DNA of 64,000 nucleotides from Candidatus Microgenomatus sp. (GTDB lineage Bacteria; Patescibacteriota; Microgenomatia; UBA8517): NCBI GenBank assembly GCA_020724555.1, contig DYGT01000001.1, positions 65,197 to 129,196 of the forward strand, read 5' to 3'. Shown piece by piece: positions 49,675 to 58,148 of this stretch (position 1 is its first letter; each line of letters starts with the position of its first letter). The notes under the pieces were generated by a model. It saw only the letters and a program-made list of their open reading frames with translations, ran no database searches and was not told where the DNA came from. The position numbers and the translations under genes were made by a program.

Positions 49675-50373
49675 TTGCCGTATACTAAGTCTATGGAATC
49701 TCAAGACCAGCATGCTGTAATAAACCACGCGGAGTCCGCAAAATCAAGTTTATTTTCAAGGTTTAAAAAAAGAAAAAAGTTGGTTATAGTTTTACTGCTA
49801 ATAATTCTCGCGTGGTTAGGGTTGTATGTAGTGACTTTGTTTGTGGATAATCCTGAAAGAGATGGTGAGCCAAATAATACTCCAATTTCCAGTTTCTCAC
49901 CTGCCCCACAAACTTCTGATTCGGTAGAGTCTGGTGCTGCATTAGTAGAAAAACCTAATACAAGAGCTGAGCTTGAAGCCAGGTATGGAAACCCGACAGA
50001 TACAGAAGCATACCTGGGGGAACAATTCTACTATTATGATTCTACTGTTCCCTCTGAAAAACATGAGGCAGTGTATGGTAAAAATGAGGAAGTTGTGTTT
50101 TTTAAAAGAGTAATTGATGTAAACTCAAACATATCTGTGCTAGATATTTATCAACTTTATGGCGATAAGCCTTTTATATTATACGGCCCAGGCTCTAATT
50201 CCGGAATTTATTTGCATGTTTATCCGGAGCAAGGTTTTGCTTTTTACGGCACATTCAGTGGTGATTACATTCTGGAAGTGTGGTATTTTCCGCCTGTTAA
50301 CACATTGGAAATGTTTATCGAAAAATGGGCACCCGATTTCTCTCTTGATAGGGAAAATGTCAAGATAGAATAA
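49675..50373 (+). CDS. Hypothetical membrane-anchored protein
   Basis: 232 aa with an N-terminal TM. No known domain. Confidence 0.45.
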   Translation: MPYTKSMESQDQHAVINHAESAKSSLFSRFKKRKKLVIVLLLIILAWLGLYVVTLFVDNPERDGEPNNTPISSFSPAPQTSDSVESGAALVEKPNTRAELEARYGNPTDTEAYLGEQFYYYDSTVPSEKHEAVYGKNEEVVFFKRVIDVNSNISVLDIYQLYGDKPFILYGPGSNSGIYLHVYPEQGFAFYGTFSGDYILEVWYFPPVNTLEMFIEKWAPDFSLDRENVKIE

Positions 50374-50384
50374 TTATATTTTTA

Positions 50385-51884
50385 CTACCACCCCATCCGG
50401 CTTTCAAATATATATTGAGCGGCAAAGTTAACATGGTTAGGATATGTGACATTGAAAGAGGGTGATATGCAGCTTAGGTTTCTGGTTGCACTCGGTTCGG
50501 TGTAGCCAATTACAGGATTTGTATAAATAAAAAGCGCTATCATTTCTGCAAAATCTTCAACAAGCATTCCTCTTCGATGCGGTAATGGATATGTACAAAC
50601 AGGTCTTTCTGAGGAGACTCCAACATCTCCGCGGTAAAGCTCGTTTTGTACTGATGGATACCTGTGTGCAAAAATATGTCCACTTTCATGGGCTAAGGTA
50701 TAAATCGCTGAGCCTACAGTTGAACTTCCTAATTCATAAATCAAGATTGTGTTTGAAGATATAACCTCGCCTCCATATGTTTCGGTGCCAGAGTAGGTTA
50801 AATAAACAGGACCTTTACTGCATATTTTATCCATATAGGCTCCTGTCTGTGCCATAAACTCTGTTGCTCGAATCATGTTAGCTTTATATGTTTCTGGCCA
50901 AGATCCATTAAGGACGAAACAAGTTTGTGTTAGAAATATCCCACCCCCCAAATCTTTATAGACGCTACTTCCGGGTGGTACCACATAGCTACTGTTGGTG
51001 ATAACCAGAATTGTAAATCCAATAAATAATGGTATTGCTATCAAAGAAATTACAATTGGCCAGATAACCACAGACATAAAAGCTCCCATGATTGCTAAAA
51101 AAAGAAGAACACTTCTTTGGCCTGCTTTTTTAAAGCCTTCACTTCCGCCTTGGATGTAGGATAGTCCTCCGGTGACAAGTGCCAGCCCAAATGCAGGAGG
51201 AAAAAAAATTCCCAAAGCTGCCGCACCCAGTGAAACCGCGGCTAAATTACTTCCATCACCATCTCCGGTCAATTTTATTAGTCCTGATCGTAAAAGATCC
51301 TTGGCTTTGTTAAGAATAAAAATATCGGCTTCAACCAACAAATACACACCGGCGGAGGCGGCGGCTCCCAGGGATGCAAGGCCAAGCCGGGCCGCGATCC
51401 TGGTGCTTAATCCTTGGACAGCCTTCTTTTTTACAACACTTTCCACGTCTGGAATTTGAGGGATTTTATTTAAAAGCTCGCCGATTTTTCCTTTAATTTC
51501 AGGAGACAAGGTTTTGCTTGCAAGTTCGGTGGCACGCCTACTTACTTCCTGGGAAACAATTTGCGTTGGAATGGGGGGAGCCCCGGTTTGGCTTAAAACT
51601 TCATTGTGGTGAAGTATTTGTTCCCAAGCGGCTTGTTTTTTATCAGCTGGAGTATTTTCGTTTAGATCTACGGCCTGGGCGGCGATCTCCACTTTTTGTA
51701 CTTCTGCTTCTTCCTCAGGAGGCAAGGTTATTTCTTGACTATCAGGGTTAAGATTTCCATTTAACCAAACGATAAGTTCGGATAATTCTTGTTGAGTGTA
51801 AAAACGGTTTGGGTTCTCCGGGTCTTTTCCTGAGGTTAGGATTTGTTGGATCGCCTGGTAGGTGTATTTGTTTTTATCATCCAT
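50385..51884 (-). CDS. Membrane protein with a C-terminal zincin-like metallopeptidase motif (HExxH...E), part of the T4SS-like cluster
   Basis: Central TM segments. C-terminal TLAHESGHIFAH (HExxH) with a downstream EDFAEM Glu, gluzincin-like. Its start overlaps the VirB4 stop, suggesting the same operon. Confidence 0.5.
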   Translation of the reverse strand: MDDKNKYTYQAIQQILTSGKDPENPNRFYTQQELSELIVWLNGNLNPDSQEITLPPEEEAEVQKVEIAAQAVDLNENTPADKKQAAWEQILHHNEVLSQTGAPPIPTQIVSQEVSRRATELASKTLSPEIKGKIGELLNKIPQIPDVESVVKKKAVQGLSTRIAARLGLASLGAAASAGVYLLVEADIFILNKAKDLLRSGLIKLTGDGDGSNLAAVSLGAAALGIFFPPAFGLALVTGGLSYIQGGSEGFKKAGQRSVLLFLAIMGAFMSVVIWPIVISLIAIPLFIGFTILVITNSSYVVPPGSSVYKDLGGGIFLTQTCFVLNGSWPETYKANMIRATEFMAQTGAYMDKICSKGPVYLTYSGTETYGGEVISSNTILIYELGSSTVGSAIYTLAHESGHIFAHRYPSVQNELYRGDVGVSSERPVCTYPLPHRRGMLVEDFAEMIALFIYTNPVIGYTEPSATRNLSCISPSFNVTYPNHVNFAAQYIFESRMGW

Positions 51885-53835
51885 TTAAATCATTGTAGTC
51901 TACTATGGTTTTGGTTTCGAGCGGAGTTGCCGTTTGCTGTCCGCTTGGAGCTTTCGAATCTAAGATCTGAGTATCCCGTGGGTTTGTAGTGATAAGTTGA
52001 TATTCTTCGCTTGAGGCCACTATTTTTATGGGAGCATGGTGAGGCCCGGCAAATAAAATTCCCTCTCCCACGTTGGCCGCCAACAGTAGTTGTTTTTCGC
52101 CCTGAGATAAATAAAAGGTTTCCGCGATTTTGTCGATGGCTGCGGGGGATTGTTTTAAAAGAAGCCGCATGGCTGAGTTAGTTACGACCGCTTTTCCAAT
52201 GTCTTGTGACAAGAAATCCTCCACATCCTGAGTGATTGTAGTAAGCCCTAAATAGTATTTGCGGGCGCGTTTGACTATGGACCATAAAAACTGGGCAGTG
52301 TCTTGGTAGCGCATCATGTGCCAGGCTTCGTCGACAACCAGAAGGCGCCTTTTGACATCGCGGCGGATTTTGGTCCAAATAAAGTCTAGTATGACAAACA
52401 TAGCAATCGGCCGGAGAGCGTCTTCGATGTCGCGCACGGAAAAAACGGTGAAAGGATTTTTAATGTCGATGTTTGTTTGCTGGTCAAAAATGCCGCGGTA
52501 GCTGCCTTTAACATATTTTTCAATCCTTGCCGCAAGATCCAGAGCGTCTGTTGTTTCCATGCCGATTAAAGCTTTATAAAGATCCTCTATTAACGGCGGT
52601 TCGCGGTCCTGGGTGTCGGGATCCGGTGTAATTCCTTTGGCGCGGTAGGCGTTAATTAAAGCTTTATCCAACAAGGCTTCCTGAGATGCCGTCATTTGAC
52701 CCATGATTATTTTAAATAAAGAGTGAAGCGAAAGAATTTTTAAGCCCAGCTGGTTTTCCCCTTCTTCACGGATTTGGCTTAAGTCAAACGGATTGATTTT
52801 GCTGGGACTTGAGAAAGAAAAAGCAATATATTCACCGCCCACAGCATCGCATAGATTTTTATATTCGTTTTCCGGGTCAATCACAATCATTTCTGTGCCA
52901 AACATCAGGCTTCTTAAAGACTCAAGTTTTACAAAAAAGCTTTTTCCTGCTCCTGAGGTAGCAAAAACGGTCATGTTGCTGTTTTCCAGCGAGAATCGGT
53001 CAAAAATAATAAACGAGTCGTTTTGTGAATTAATGCCATATAAAATCCCATCATCACTTGACAGCTCGGCTGTGGTAAAGGGAAAAGTGGTTGCCAGGGA
53101 AGTAGTGTCCATATTTCTGGTAATAGTAAGTTGGTCACGCCCAAAAGGGGCAGTCGATAAAAAGCCGCGTTCGTGATCCAAGGCCGCGTGTTTGGCGACG
53201 ATGAGGATTGAGCCCAAAGTGGACTCAACCCGCTTTGTAATACTGTTTAGTGCCTCCACAGATGTGGCCGGGATAGTGATATAGAAGGCGAATTCAAAAA
53301 AACGTTCCGCGCCTTTAACAAGTTGCTCTTGAAGTATTTTAGCGTCGTCTAATTTTGCCTGAGTAGAAGGATTTACGATTTTTCCTCTTTGGATGTCTGT
53401 CGAAATTTCGGCTTCCATTTCAGTAATTTTGCGCCTCAGATCATCTAAAATTGTCCTACCTTCCACCGGATATATATAAAATGATAAATCCAAGCTATGG
53501 TTAAAGTTAATAATAGGCTCCATCCACCCGGGAACGACAAAGCGTGGGTATCCTGCCACAAAAAGAGTGCGAAAATAAACATCACCAATTTTTATGTAAT
53601 CAAAGTCTATTTCGCTTTCATTGGGGGCGATAATGTCATCCGGCGGCACACCTTCTTTAAAGGCTTTTATTGGATCCAGCTTTGGTTTTTGAGCTTGTGG
53701 TATGTGAATTCCGTTGGGTTTTTTCGTTTTTTTAATTTGCGGTAGCTTCATTTTGAATCTCCTTTGTCTCCCCGGACTCTGTTTCTTGGATTTTATCAAC
53801 TTTAATGCTTTCGGTGTCGGGGTTATAAGTATCAA
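51877..53835 (-). CDS. virB4: VirB4/TrbE/CagE-family type IV secretion ATPase (ATPase portion)
   Basis: Walker A TSGAGKSFFVKLE and Walker B LLVVDEAWHMM, in the conserved VirB4 C-terminal half. The real start may be MKLPQIKK (53751). Confidence 0.8.
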   Translation of the reverse strand: MILITPTPKALKLIKSKKQSPGRQRRFKMKLPQIKKTKKPNGIHIPQAQKPKLDPIKAFKEGVPPDDIIAPNESEIDFDYIKIGDVYFRTLFVAGYPRFVVPGWMEPIINFNHSLDLSFYIYPVEGRTILDDLRRKITEMEAEISTDIQRGKIVNPSTQAKLDDAKILQEQLVKGAERFFEFAFYITIPATSVEALNSITKRVESTLGSILIVAKHAALDHERGFLSTAPFGRDQLTITRNMDTTSLATTFPFTTAELSSDDGILYGINSQNDSFIIFDRFSLENSNMTVFATSGAGKSFFVKLESLRSLMFGTEMIVIDPENEYKNLCDAVGGEYIAFSFSSPSKINPFDLSQIREEGENQLGLKILSLHSLFKIIMGQMTASQEALLDKALINAYRAKGITPDPDTQDREPPLIEDLYKALIGMETTDALDLAARIEKYVKGSYRGIFDQQTNIDIKNPFTVFSVRDIEDALRPIAMFVILDFIWTKIRRDVKRRLLVVDEAWHMMRYQDTAQFLWSIVKRARKYYLGLTTITQDVEDFLSQDIGKAVVTNSAMRLLLKQSPAAIDKIAETFYLSQGEKQLLLAANVGEGILFAGPHHAPIKIVASSEEYQLITTNPRDTQILDSKAPSGQQTATPLETKTIVDYNDLNG

Positions 53836-54454
53836 AAAATAATTTAATTATTTCCTCGTTAGTTAGCTGATGCAGTTTAAGTCCGAGCCTTCCGGTCTGG
53901 CGGATTAAATGGTCTCTTTTGGGGTAAAGGGCGGTTTCGACTTTTTTTATTATATAGTCTTTACTGTAGGGAAGGGGCTTGTCATCGGCTTTTAGTCTGC
54001 CAAAAATGTTTTTACTTAAACCAAGCTCAAGCGGTGAAAAGGGGATAATGATAAAAAAACGCTTTCCCAAAACATTTTTCTTTTTTATGGTGTCTGCAAT
54101 AAAAGCTCTATAACCCTGCATAAGCTTTTTTAGTTTAGGATTTTCTATTTTGTTATATTTTTCCTCAAGTTTTGAGAGGTACTGAGACACATCCTTTTTT
54201 TGTGTGCGCACAAGAATCTGCACAGAAAAAGACAGGGAATTTATAAGGGCTGCGTAGGCTGCGACCACAGCCTCTTGCTCTCTTTCAGATAAAAGACCAA
54301 AGTTAAGGGACGTACTTTCCAGGATTAAAGCTGCTCCTCCGTCTTTGTATAAAACCAAATCTTTTGTAATTTCTGCCACGGGGACTCGTTTTTGTGCTAA
54401 ATCATAAAGCGGACTGTCCGGTAAATTGAAAACTGGTATTTTGGGTATTTTCAT
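53732..54454 (-). CDS. VirB4 N-terminal domain encoded as a separate, overlapping ORF (split or frameshifted VirB4)
   Basis: Its pattern (KDGGAALILESTSLNFGLLSEREQEAVVAAYAALINSL...KRFFIIIPFSP) parallels the N-domain of Gram-positive conjugative VirB4 proteins such as TcpF and Tn916 Orf16. The overlap with the ATPase ORF is 20-104 nt. Confidence 0.55.
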   Translation of the reverse strand: MKIPKIPVFNLPDSPLYDLAQKRVPVAEITKDLVLYKDGGAALILESTSLNFGLLSEREQEAVVAAYAALINSLSFSVQILVRTQKKDVSQYLSKLEEKYNKIENPKLKKLMQGYRAFIADTIKKKNVLGKRFFIIIPFSPLELGLSKNIFGRLKADDKPLPYSKDYIIKKVETALYPKRDHLIRQTGRLGLKLHQLTNEEIIKLFFDTYNPDTESIKVDKIQETESGETKEIQNEATAN

Positions 54455-55557
54455 TTGTTTTTTGCTTTTGCCTGGATGGCGATAGGTGGAATTATTTCCC
54501 CTTTTGCCTCAACGCTGATAGGGTCAAAAAGATAACCTTCCTTTTCAACTTCGATTTTATAAGTACCTTTGTTCAAGGGCGTAACAATCAAAAAATGCCC
54601 GGCCTTGTTGGTTTTTAAGGCTCGAACCGGTCTGCCCATAGGGTCTTTGATTTCCAAAATAGCTCCTTCTATTATATTTTTTTCGCTGTCCACTACCTGG
54701 CCTACAATAACATTGGGTTGAGTTGGAGGCATGGGTGGCGCTGCAGCCGGTGAAAATTGAGCGGCAAAAGCTTGGGCAGAGTCTGTTTGTTGAGGAAGGG
54801 TTTCTGATAATGCTTCCGGCTGTAAATTTAAATTTTGCTCTGGAATAATTTTAAAGCCTTTGTTTTCATTATTAACTCTAATCACTGTTTGCTGGGGCGT
54901 TTCGATTTTTTGAGATGGTGTCGTGGCTTGAGGTTGTAAATTAAAAATTTCACCCTCTTTTTGTTTGCCGGTGGAAGCATTGGATAAATTAAACAAGTGA
55001 CTAAATGAATTGAGAAACTGCTTTTCCGCGTCCTCTAGGTTTTGTAAAAAGCTTGGTTTGGGTTCTTCTTGGGTGGGTTTTGTGGTTTTTGAATTATTGT
55101 CGCTTGCAAACCGGGAAGCCGCATTTTCTTCTTCTTGTGGAAAATACTGAACGGGAGTTTTTCTTTTTTGCCAAACAAAGCGGGTAGGTGAATAGGCTGC
55201 CCTGAAAAAAGCAATAACCCATTGTTCTAGCGGGCGCTCCTGTAGCGGTAAAAATGCCAATGCTGCCCCGGCCAGAGTAAAAAAGACGATAAACGGCCAT
55301 TTTAAAAAGCCGGGAAGGGGTGAGGCGTAAAACAAAAGGGCGATTAACGCCCCTCCGGCAAGCTGAAAAAACTGCTTGATGGTCATATCCCCTATAAGCC
55401 TAAACTGGTAGGAGCTTATGTTTTGCGGCACTGCGTGCTGTTCAAAGATGTGGTCTTGGGTAGCCATGGTTGTAAATAAAATCATACATTCTACCGGGTT
55501 TATGTGCTGGCAGTAAAGTATGTAATTAAAGCATACAATATGAAGCTTTTTGTGCAA
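54451..55557 (-). CDS. VirB3-like two-TM protein fused to a C-terminal carboxypeptidase-regulatory-like beta-sandwich domain
   Basis: N-terminal two-TM hairpin immediately upstream of VirB4, the ConD/VirB3 position. C-terminal ILEIKDPMGRPVRALKTNKAGHFLIVTPLNKGTYKIEVEKEGY matches the CarbopepD_reg-like fold. The true start is probably an internal Met. Confidence 0.45.
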   Translation of the reverse strand: MHKKLHIVCFNYILYCQHINPVECMILFTTMATQDHIFEQHAVPQNISSYQFRLIGDMTIKQFFQLAGGALIALLFYASPLPGFLKWPFIVFFTLAGAALAFLPLQERPLEQWVIAFFRAAYSPTRFVWQKRKTPVQYFPQEEENAASRFASDNNSKTTKPTQEEPKPSFLQNLEDAEKQFLNSFSHLFNLSNASTGKQKEGEIFNLQPQATTPSQKIETPQQTVIRVNNENKGFKIIPEQNLNLQPEALSETLPQQTDSAQAFAAQFSPAAAPPMPPTQPNVIVGQVVDSEKNIIEGAILEIKDPMGRPVRALKTNKAGHFLIVTPLNKGTYKIEVEKEGYLFDPISVEAKGEIIPPIAIQAKAKNK

Positions 55558-55581
55558 GTGAGGCTGTTTTTCACGGTAATT

Positions 55582-55611
55582 TTGCGACGTCGCCAGCTAA
55601 AATGTTATAAT
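55582..55611 (+). promoter_or_regulatory. Promoter (TTGCGA-N18-TATAAT) with a perfect 10-bp palindrome GCGACGTCGC over the -35, upstream of the 838-aa gene
   Basis: TTGCGA at 55582-55587, TATAAT at 55606-55611, and the palindrome at 55584-55593. Confidence 0.45.
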
Positions 55612-55631
55612 ACGTTTCAAGAAATCTGCCT

Positions 55632-58148
55632 ATGCCCGAAGAAAATCAAGATACAAATACCACACCCATGAACCCGGAAATAAACACTGGCCGCACGGAA
55701 AGCAGGCAACCTGCTTATATGACATTGGAACACGACCTTGAGAAACGCATAGACAGGCTTGGTTCTGAGATGAGAGCGGTTGCCCAAAATTTAATTGAAT
55801 CACGAGATAGAAATAATGGGGAAATCAAATCTGTAGTATGGGCAGACGCTATGCTTGAGGTTTACTATTTAAACAATGAAGATGTAGATGACAATATTTT
55901 TGCCAGGGATGTAATTTTAAAATATTGTGCGGACAGGAGATGGCGTTTAGGGCAGGATCAGCATCTAAGTGATGTGGAAAAAGCAGAAGAATTCAAAATT
56001 ATTGAAAAATATGAAGCAAAGGCTGAAGAGTTTAACGAAAAAGTTACACCATCACCTGATGCTCTCAGACCGCCTGATCAAAGGATGCCTACACTACAAC
56101 CCGATACACTGGTTCAATCGCCGGCAAAGGTCGATGTGGGTGATCAAAATAGACCAGCGGATGCGGAGGAAAACCAGCAAGCCATCGGAAACTGGTTGTT
56201 TTTAGGAACCGGCTTGGATTTTGAAAGTTTACCTTCTGAAATACAAAAAGAACTCGGTAAATATGTGAAAATTGTTTCAGGTACCCCCTCTGAGCGGGCA
56301 ATAATAGATAGATTATTTGATTATGTATGGGATTTGTCTTCTGATCAGAGGTTAAGCGAAGAACAAAGAAATGAAATGATAGGTGTGCTTAACAATGTCG
56401 CTCAGGTTCAAGAGAGTATATTGCAAAAAAGAACTGATAGTAATTCTGTATCTGTATTAGAAAGAATAGCGCAGAGCTCGGAAGAGGCTGCTAAAACACA
56501 AAGAGAGGCGTTGGATTTGGCTAGCACAACCTATCGACAATTTGTTGAAAATCAAGCTAATCATGTGATCATGTTTCCGCCGAAATGGATAGAAAATCCT
56601 CCTCATTGGTATATTGAGTTGAGTGAAGAGGAAAGGTCAATGGTTCGCGCGGAAATACACATAAATTTTATTGCTAGTCGAAAGGATGCAGAAGGCAGTT
56701 TAGATGCGTATTTGAAACCTGGATTTATTGAAGGAGAACAGGATATTAAAGTACAAATTGAATCAAAAGGTTTGGGATATGCATGGATGAATAAAGCTGG
56801 CTATAGAATTGCATTGGTTACATTAATGAATGAAATATTTGAACTTTCAGAGCCAGATACGTCCGTACCAGATAGAGTCGTAGCAATAGAAATTGACGAT
56901 GACGGTAGGGAGAATTATAAAGTATATGTTAACAACCAACATAGACATAGCCATCTGAGATTAAAAGAAAAGTATGCAGGATCCAATTTGATATCTGGAC
57001 AGACAGAATTGATGAATAAATTAATTGATTCCTTGACAGATTATTTTGATAACAACCCATATTTGCTTTCACAATATAAACTTACCAATTCGTCAAGATT
57101 AGCTGCTGAAGCAGCGACAATTTTCGCTTGGAATACTATATTTATGTCGGCAGCTGTGGACTCAGGCGATAGAGGAGGTAGGCAAAGAACCCTTGCAGGC
57201 CCACACATATCAACCGATTCTGTAAGGTCAATGTTTATGCCTTTAGATAAAGCAATGTTTAAATTAGACAAGGAAAGCCCTCAGGATGTTGAGGAGAAGT
57301 GGGGCGGACCATTAGGGGATTGGTTTGCTGATCGTTCAATAGCACATGGACGAGCTTTTAAAGCTAAAGTGGAGGAAGGAAATTTTCACTTTTTTCCTGA
57401 AAGAATGTTTTATAGTTGGATGGACTACTTGGTTTTAGAAGACAAAACCACTATTAGCGATCGTGAACAACATATCGTTCACACTTCGTGGGGGCAAGCT
57501 ATATTGCGCACAAGCAATGTGGATTTAGGTAATGGGTTAATTGATGTCGCAGATCCAGAGTTGCTACGTCCAGATCAAGAATCAACTGTCTATACTGTTC
57601 AAGGAAGACAGTGGAAAAGAAGCTTCCGCGATGGTGGATCGAATGGAGATTTGTGGTGGCGTTATTCAGCACGAGCTGGTGCAGTTAGAAAAATATATGA
57701 ACTTCTTACCGAGGACGAACCTAAAAGCGATGCGGGTGATTTTGCTACTGCATTTAGCGCTATTGTATCTACAGAACCCTGGTTACGACATATTTATTAT
57801 GATTTAGATTTTTTGACAGCAGCGGTGTCAAAGCTAGCACTAGAAAGAGGAAAAGTGTTTGATAAAAACGCACATGGATACTTGCTGGGGACAGATGAAC
57901 TTGTATTGAATTTAAATGATGCTGTTTATGATAATGCGGTTACGGAAGTGTTAACCTTACTTTTACCTAGGTTGTATAAAGAACCAAGAGAAAGAAGGGT
58001 AGCTAAAAAGTATATCTTGGGTAAACTTCACGCACAAGATGTCCATACTTGGAGCGGGACTATAAGAAATACTTTAGGTGGGATAGCAGCCGGTAGACAG
58101 GAAATTCGAAGGAGAGCCTCACAAGAAATTACTAGACGCTCTACCTGA
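55632..58148 (+). CDS. Large acidic hypothetical protein (838 aa) with no recognisable domain, divergently transcribed inside the T4SS-like cluster
   Basis: Long uninterrupted ORF with no TM or signal peptide. It converges on, and overlaps, the VirB6-like gene. Confidence 0.6.
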   Translation: MPEENQDTNTTPMNPEINTGRTESRQPAYMTLEHDLEKRIDRLGSEMRAVAQNLIESRDRNNGEIKSVVWADAMLEVYYLNNEDVDDNIFARDVILKYCADRRWRLGQDQHLSDVEKAEEFKIIEKYEAKAEEFNEKVTPSPDALRPPDQRMPTLQPDTLVQSPAKVDVGDQNRPADAEENQQAIGNWLFLGTGLDFESLPSEIQKELGKYVKIVSGTPSERAIIDRLFDYVWDLSSDQRLSEEQRNEMIGVLNNVAQVQESILQKRTDSNSVSVLERIAQSSEEAAKTQREALDLASTTYRQFVENQANHVIMFPPKWIENPPHWYIELSEEERSMVRAEIHINFIASRKDAEGSLDAYLKPGFIEGEQDIKVQIESKGLGYAWMNKAGYRIALVTLMNEIFELSEPDTSVPDRVVAIEIDDDGRENYKVYVNNQHRHSHLRLKEKYAGSNLISGQTELMNKLIDSLTDYFDNNPYLLSQYKLTNSSRLAAEAATIFAWNTIFMSAAVDSGDRGGRQRTLAGPHISTDSVRSMFMPLDKAMFKLDKESPQDVEEKWGGPLGDWFADRSIAHGRAFKAKVEEGNFHFFPERMFYSWMDYLVLEDKTTISDREQHIVHTSWGQAILRTSNVDLGNGLIDVADPELLRPDQESTVYTVQGRQWKRSFRDGGSNGDLWWRYSARAGAVRKIYELLTEDEPKSDAGDFATAFSAIVSTEPWLRHIYYDLDFLTAAVSKLALERGKVFDKNAHGYLLGTDELVLNLNDAVYDNAVTEVLTLLLPRLYKEPRERRVAKKYILGKLHAQDVHTWSGTIRNTLGGIAAGRQEIRRRASQEITRRST

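Noticed and set aside
56940-56975. HRHSH stretch in the 838-aa protein as a relaxase His-triad (motif III)
   Set aside because: The upstream HxD/HxDE context and the catalytic Tyr motif I are not present, so the pattern does not match MOBQ, MOBP, MOBF or MOBV signatures.
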